DNA from: Archangium sp.
Lineage (GTDB): Bacteria > Myxococcota > Myxococcia > Myxococcales > Myxococcaceae
Length of the DNA: 22,031 nucleotides
Reading direction: 5' to 3'
NCBI GenBank assembly: GCA_031367385.1
Contig: JANLPS010000171.1
Coordinates: 1 to 22,031 of the forward strand
A program made the position numbers and the translations under genes. The notes below the pieces were generated by a model, which searched no databases, was not told the DNA's origin, and saw only the letters and a list, made by a program, of their open reading frames with translations. This document shows, one piece after another, positions 17,622 through 22,031 of this stretch; the first letter of the stretch is position 1; each line of letters begins with the position of its first letter.

Positions 17622-18416
17622 TTGAACCGATTGATTGTGCTGTTCGCGCTCGCCCTCGCGTCAGGTTCTTTCGCGCAGTCAAAAGACCAGCCGAAGCCTG
17701 GCGAGAAGCCCAAGTCAGGCGGCGAGGTCAACTGGCAAGGTCAGGTGATCAAGGCGTCAGGTGCGGGTGCTCCCGACATGACCGCCGCCAACGCCGCGCA
17801 GGCCCGCCTGGGTGCCGAACGCGCCGCGCTCACCGACGCGCTCCGCAACTTGCTCGCACAGGTCAAAGGCGTGTCGATCGACGGCAGCAAGAAGATGAGC
17901 GACGCGATGGAAAAAGACGAAGTGCGTGCCAAAGTCGAAGGCACCATTCGTGGCTACAAGGTCACCAACAAGCGCTACTTCAGCGACAACGGCGTCGAAA
18001 TCGACATCGAGGTGCCGCTCACGCTGCTCACCGATTTGATCGACCCCGACGCGACCCAGGTGCTGCTCGCCAGCGCCCCGACCGCCGAGAAGACCAACAC
18101 CGGCTTGGTGATCGACGCGCGTGGTTTGAAGGTCACTCCGGCCCTGGCGCCCCGGTTGCTCGATGACGCGGGCAAGGCCCTCTACAGCATCGATTCGCTC
18201 TCGACCGACGCGCGCAAGTCGACCGGCGTCGCGGCCTACGTGCAGACCCTCGAAGAAGCGAACAAGAGCATGAAGGCCGGCGAGAAGCCGCTGGTGATCA
18301 AGGCCAGCAAGGCCACCGGAGCCGATTTGCAGCTCGGCGCCGACGACGCAAAGAAATTGGCTGCGGTGAACACCGCGTTCCTGGCCGAAGGCCGTGTCGT
18401 CATCGTCCTCAACTAA
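17622..18416 (+). CDS. LPP20/FlgP-like domain secreted protein
   Basis: GGAGA RBS and TTG start. Sec signal ends in SFA-Q with no lipobox. 'A.G.GAP...ARLGAERAALTDALRNLLAQVKGVSID' is an LPP20-type helix motif, and the C-domain has 'TGLVIDARGL...PALAPRL'. Confidence 0.7.
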   Translation: MNRLIVLFALALASGSFAQSKDQPKPGEKPKSGGEVNWQGQVIKASGAGAPDMTAANAAQARLGAERAALTDALRNLLAQVKGVSIDGSKKMSDAMEKDEVRAKVEGTIRGYKVTNKRYFSDNGVEIDIEVPLTLLTDLIDPDATQVLLASAPTAEKTNTGLVIDARGLKVTPALAPRLLDDAGKALYSIDSLSTDARKSTGVAAYVQTLEEANKSMKAGEKPLVIKASKATGADLQLGADDAKKLAAVNTAFLAEGRVVIVLN

Positions 18417-18428
18417 GAGATCTCCCAC

Positions 18429-19601
18429 ATGCGAGCCCTTCAATTTGCCGCGTTGTTTCTCGTGGTTGGTTCAACTGCCTTTGCCGAAGGCGCCACTGCC
18501 GTCACCAAAGAAGGCACTGGTGAAGCAGCGGTGATCAACGGTGACCAAGACAAGGCCTACAACGAGGCCAAAGAGCGCGCCTTGCGAAACGCCGTCGAGC
18601 AGGCGGCCGGAGTCAGGGTCGACGCCGACACGCTGACCGTCAACAACCAGCTGGTGCGCGATCAGATCTACGCGAACACCGGTGGCTTCGTGAAGAGCTC
18701 GGAGGTCGTCAGCAAGGAGCTCGCGAAGGGCGTGATGACGGTCAAGGTGAAGGCCGAGGTCATCACCGAGAACCTCGACAAAGACATCGAGGCCGCAAAG
18801 GCCGTGGTCAAGCGCATGGGCCGGCCGAGCATCGTCATCGTCGTGCAAGAGCAGACCGTGCCGCTGGGCGAGAAGGTGATCATGAGCTCAGAGACGATGG
18901 CCACCGTGCTCACCGAGGCCTTCAAGGCCGACGGGTGGGACATCAAAGACGCGCAGGCGATGAACAAGAGCTTGAGCCTCGAGGGCGCTGCGACGCTGGG
19001 CGCGACCGAGATCAAGAAGATTCAAGACCTGACCAAGAGCCAGTACGTGCTCTACGGCAAGGCGCTGATGCGTCACCAATCGACCGACGGCATGGTCAAG
19101 GGCGCGTCGTATTACCCGGTGTCGGGCGAGTACGACCTGGCCCTCGCGGCCACCGACAGCGAGCAGCAGATCACCAAGCTCTCGGGCAAGCTCATCTGGG
19201 GCACCGGCGACAAGGGCTCACCGTTGATCTCGTACGAGCGCACCGCGTTCGACCTGATCAAGAGCCGCAAAGAAGACATCGTCGGCCCCGTTCGCAGGGC
19301 CGTGCTCGAGCACTTTCGCAACCAGCAGGTCAACGGCATGGAGATTCAGATGTCGGTCTCGGGCCTCGACAGCTTTGGCGCCGCGCAGCAGTTTCAAAAG
19401 TCGCTCGAGGCCATCAAGGGCGTCAAAGAAGCGACCCCCGGCGCGAAGCCGTACGAGAAGGGCAAGGCGACCTATAAGGTGATGTACCTCGGCTCGCCCT
19501 CGGCGCTCGCCACGGTCGTCGAGCAGTCGAACTTCAAGAAGCGAAAGATCGAGGTGAACTCGGTGTCGGGCAACACGCTCGACGTCGCCTTGGGTAAATG
19601 A
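18429..19601 (+). CDS. FlgT N-terminal domain-containing secreted protein
   Basis: Signal peptide (AFA-E). 'GEAAVINGD...AYNEAKERALRNAVEQAAGVRV...T' fits FlgT_N, followed by a TolB-N/CsgG-like alpha/beta middle domain and a small C-terminal domain. Confidence 0.7.
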   Translation: MRALQFAALFLVVGSTAFAEGATAVTKEGTGEAAVINGDQDKAYNEAKERALRNAVEQAAGVRVDADTLTVNNQLVRDQIYANTGGFVKSSEVVSKELAKGVMTVKVKAEVITENLDKDIEAAKAVVKRMGRPSIVIVVQEQTVPLGEKVIMSSETMATVLTEAFKADGWDIKDAQAMNKSLSLEGAATLGATEIKKIQDLTKSQYVLYGKALMRHQSTDGMVKGASYYPVSGEYDLALAATDSEQQITKLSGKLIWGTGDKGSPLISYERTAFDLIKSRKEDIVGPVRRAVLEHFRNQQVNGMEIQMSVSGLDSFGAAQQFQKSLEAIKGVKEATPGAKPYEKGKATYKVMYLGSPSALATVVEQSNFKKRKIEVNSVSGNTLDVALGK

Positions 19602-19900
19602 AGCGGGTCTGGCCGCTCTTGTTGGCGGCCTGCGTGACGCCGATCTCCGGAGTGGCACGCCGCAGTGAGCTGGTGCTGCGGTGCACGCCCGATGACGCCG
19701 AAGTGCAGCTCGATGGGGTGCCACAGGGCACCTGCGCTGATTTTTCTGGCGCTCCGCGGGGCTTGGCGCTGGGCTCGGGCGCGCGGCGCATTGAGGTGGT
19801 CAAGCCCGGGTTCGAGAAGTGGCAGCGATGGTTGGACGCAGATCACACCCGCGTCGTGATGAACGTGACGCTCGTCGCACATAAAGAGAGTGCCCCATGA
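19598..19900 (+). CDS. PEGA domain lipoprotein
   Basis: ATGA overlap and lipobox LAAC. 'CTPDDAEVQLDG...G..RIEVVKPGF' PEGA pattern. Confidence 0.8.
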   Translation: MKRVWPLLLAACVTPISGVARRSELVLRCTPDDAEVQLDGVPQGTCADFSGAPRGLALGSGARRIEVVKPGFEKWQRWLDADHTRVVMNVTLVAHKESAP

Positions 19901-20613
19901 GATGGCTGACAGGGTTGGCAGTGGTGTTGGCGGGCTCGGCGTTCGGCGAAGTTGGCAAGGTCACCGTGCTCGAAGGCAAGGCGACCCGCTCACCCGGCGG
20001 CGGAGCGGCGGCGGCATTGGCGGTCGGCAGCGACATCGAATTGGGTGACTCGCTCGAGGTGAAGAGCGGCAACATGAAGTTCGAGCTGACCGACGGCAGC
20101 GTGATCGCGCTCGCTCCGGGCAGCAAGCTGCAGATCAGCGAGGCCGAATTCGAGGGCCAAGAACGCAAGGGCTTCAAGGCCTTTCTCGGCGCCGGCAGCT
20201 TGTGGACGAAGGTGAAGAAGACCATCACCGGGGCGAAGTTCGAGGTCACCACCGAGCGCGCGGTCGCAGGCGTTCGCGGCACCATCTTTCGCATCGATGC
20301 CGACGCGTTGGTCAAAGCGGCAAAGGGCCGAAAAGCGTCGGTGATTCGGGTGGTTGAGGGTGTCGTCAACGTGAAGCCCAGTGAAGAGGTGATCAAGGCT
20401 TCGCACGCGGCGGCTCCGAAGGCGGCGCCTCCCAAGGGCAAGCGGGTGCAGGTGGCAGGGCCGACCGAGATCTCCGCCGACGAGTGGGAGAAACGCTTCG
20501 TCGACCTGCAGGCCAACCAGCAGGTCGCCGTCGGAGTCGACCTCTGGGATCAGGCCGAGGCCGCCGCCGCATTGAAGAACGACGCGTTCGCGAAGTGGCT
20601 CGAAAAGAACTAG
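19897..20613 (+). CDS. Secreted FecR-domain protein
   Basis: ATGA overlap and short signal peptide. 'GD.LE...DGSVIALAPGSKL...FEVTT..AVAGVRGTIF...V.EG.V' FecR beta-domain pattern. Confidence 0.8.
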   Translation: MRWLTGLAVVLAGSAFGEVGKVTVLEGKATRSPGGGAAAALAVGSDIELGDSLEVKSGNMKFELTDGSVIALAPGSKLQISEAEFEGQERKGFKAFLGAGSLWTKVKKTITGAKFEVTTERAVAGVRGTIFRIDADALVKAAKGRKASVIRVVEGVVNVKPSEEVIKASHAAAPKAAPPKGKRVQVAGPTEISADEWEKRFVDLQANQQVAVGVDLWDQAEAAAALKNDAFAKWLEKN

Positions 20614-21416
20614 CGCTGGTGCTGGTGGCGCTCTCGAGCGCTGCCTTCGCTCAGTCGCAACGCCCGCTCCCCGCCGGTTCGCCAGAGGCGTTCACCGCTC
20701 CATCAGTGCGGGTATCGGTTGTGGTTCATGAAGACGTTCACCCCGACTTTCTGCGTGGTCTCGCGCGGCCCGACGTCACGTTGTGGCTGCAGACCCGCTC
20801 GAACACGCTGAGGGCTTCGACGCTCGAGAACGTGGCCCGCTTCGATGAGGCCTTCGTGCAGGTTCGTGCGCCGTTGAGCAGCACCGATTCGCGCACCTTT
20901 GCCAAGGTGCCGAAGCTGGGCGTGTGGGTCGAGGCGAGCCAGCTGGCGGTGGTGGCGCGGCTGCCAGGGGCGAGGAGGGTGGCGATCGACGTGGCGGGGC
21001 CGCTCGATGCCGCCTTGGCTGATCGGCTGTCGGCCGCGAAGCCTTCGATCATTCGCTGGGCCCCTGACGCTGAGGTCGATGTGCTTCAGTGGGGCCTGTT
21101 TCGGCAGTTGCCAGGGCGAAAGATCGTGGTGCTGCCGCCGAGCGCGCTGCGAGTCATCAATTGCGCTGATCGCTCCGCCACCCAGCCATCGATCGAGCTC
21201 GACCTCGCCAGCGTACTGACGATGAACAGCGATGTGTTCCCGTGTGGGAGAGCGCCTCGCGTGATCGTTCGACCGAGCGTTGACCACTGGATGTTACAAT
21301 CGCTGGTGGTTCGCGACCCCTCGGTGGAGCTTGTTGTGGTCATCGGGCGTGACGAAAAAGCAGCGAGTGAGACCAAATTGCTGTTGGACCTGGTCGATCG
21401 ACACGATTCTCGGTGA
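20595..21416 (+). CDS. Secreted hypothetical protein
   Basis: GTG 20595 overlaps the FecR gene end and gives a signal peptide 'MARKELALVLVALSSAAFAQ'. Alternating beta/alpha pattern, no family recognised. Confidence 0.7.
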   Translation: MARKELALVLVALSSAAFAQSQRPLPAGSPEAFTAPSVRVSVVVHEDVHPDFLRGLARPDVTLWLQTRSNTLRASTLENVARFDEAFVQVRAPLSSTDSRTFAKVPKLGVWVEASQLAVVARLPGARRVAIDVAGPLDAALADRLSAAKPSIIRWAPDAEVDVLQWGLFRQLPGRKIVVLPPSALRVINCADRSATQPSIELDLASVLTMNSDVFPCGRAPRVIVRPSVDHWMLQSLVVRDPSVELVVVIGRDEKAASETKLLLDLVDRHDSR

Positions 21417-21421
21417 ACATC

Positions 21422-21450
21422 TTGACGCATCTCTCGGTGGCGGAGATGAT
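21422..21450 (+). promoter_or_regulatory. Putative sigma70-type promoter with overlapping inverted repeat
   Basis: TTGACG-N17-GATGAT. The inverted repeat CATCTC-N9-GAGATG (21428-21448) spans the spacer. Confidence 0.4.
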
Positions 21451-21566
21451 TCGGCCCCTGCTGAAGGGGATTTCTGAAGGAGTCCGCCCAGTTGCCGACA
21501 GCTCAGGTGCCTCTCCAAGGCCCACAGTTCTCTGGCGTCCCTTCGGGCGCTTCTCTTAGGTATTTC

Positions 21567-22031
21567 ATGCGCCGACTGCTCTTTGTTTCTCTCGTCGTGG
21601 TCTCTGGTGTGTCCGGGGCTCAGGCTCCCGAGCGAAAAGAATCGAAAGATCTCGAGCTCAAAAAGAAAGAAATCAACATCGCGCCCGATAAGTCGCTGGC
21701 CGGCGACATCACGCGCAAGAAGAAGAAAGAGGAGATCGCTCCGGCGCTCACCTATGACGCGTTCAGGTTGAACCTCGAGGGCCAGGTCGCCTCGAAGCGC
21801 CGCGATCAGATCGAAGACCTCAAGAAGATCATCGAGCTCTCGAACGACCCCAAAGAGAAGCCGAACCTGTTGTTTCGCCTCGGCGAGCTCTATTGGGAAG
21901 AATCGAAGTACTTCTTCTTCGAAGCCAACCGCAAAGACGACGACAAGATTCGCGCCATCAACGCCGACGACAAGGCCGGCGTCGAGCGGGCTGAAGCCGA
22001 AAAGAAAGAGCTCTCAGACAAGTCGCACTCG
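21567..22031 (+). CDS. Secreted TPR protein of the GltD/AgmU/NfsD family (3' truncated by window edge)
   Basis: Not in the ORF track because it has no stop. Translation: MRRLLFVSLVVVSGVSGAQA... signal, then 'ASKRRDQIEDLKKII...LLFRLGELYWEESKYFFFEA', resembling my recollection of the N-terminal TPR region of myxobacterial GltD-family proteins. Confidence 0.7.
   Translation, partial: MRRLLFVSLVVVSGVSGAQAPERKESKDLELKKKEINIAPDKSLAGDITRKKKKEEIAPALTYDAFRLNLEGQVASKRRDQIEDLKKIIELSNDPKEKPNLLFRLGELYWEESKYFFFEANRKDDDKIRAINADDKAGVERAEAEKKELSDKSHS

Noticed and set aside
18429..19601. Flagellar gene cluster inferred from FlgT/FlgP-like domains
   Set aside because: No rod, hook, ring, stator or export genes in the window; these domain families also occur outside flagellar systems.
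21441..21520. Glycine-riboswitch-like words (GGAGA...CTGAAGGAG...CTCAGG) in the leader of the TPR gene
   Set aside because: The required GAG/CUC pairing (AACUCUCAGG) is missing, part of the match overlaps the putative promoter, and the downstream gene is unrelated to glycine metabolism.

Overview
GC-rich chromosomal segment, almost certainly from a myxobacterium (Myxococcota). The Lon protein resembles myxobacterial LonD/BsgA, and the window has typical myxobacterial Cys-rich, vWA and TPR envelope proteins. Left part: partial DUF4336-like gene, DUF4124 protein, a large signal-less lipase-3-like protein, tRNA-Arg(CCT) abutting a CCA-adding enzyme gene, a 291-bp intergenic region with DnaA-box-like and IHF-like sites, mnmA, a Cys-rich cytochrome-c lipoprotein and a SPOR protein. 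Middle: small and repeat orphan proteins, a DxDxDG-repeat lipoprotein divergent from an RHH regulator/UDP-glucuronate decarboxylase operon, a DUF3943-like protein behind a sigma28-like promoter, and lon. Right part: vWA lipoprotein, PilZ protein and a tightly packed envelope operon (LPP20/FlgP-like, FlgT-like, PEGA lipoprotein, secreted FecR-domain, unknown) followed by a truncated GltD/AgmU-like TPR gene. No mobile element or CRISPR array seen. The best candidates for something undescribed are the FlgP/FlgT-like operon next to a Glt-like gene, the CCA-less tRNA abutting the cca gene, the DnaA-box/IHF module and a set of signal-less orphan proteins with disordered N-termini. All family assignments come from motif recognition by eye; no searches were run.
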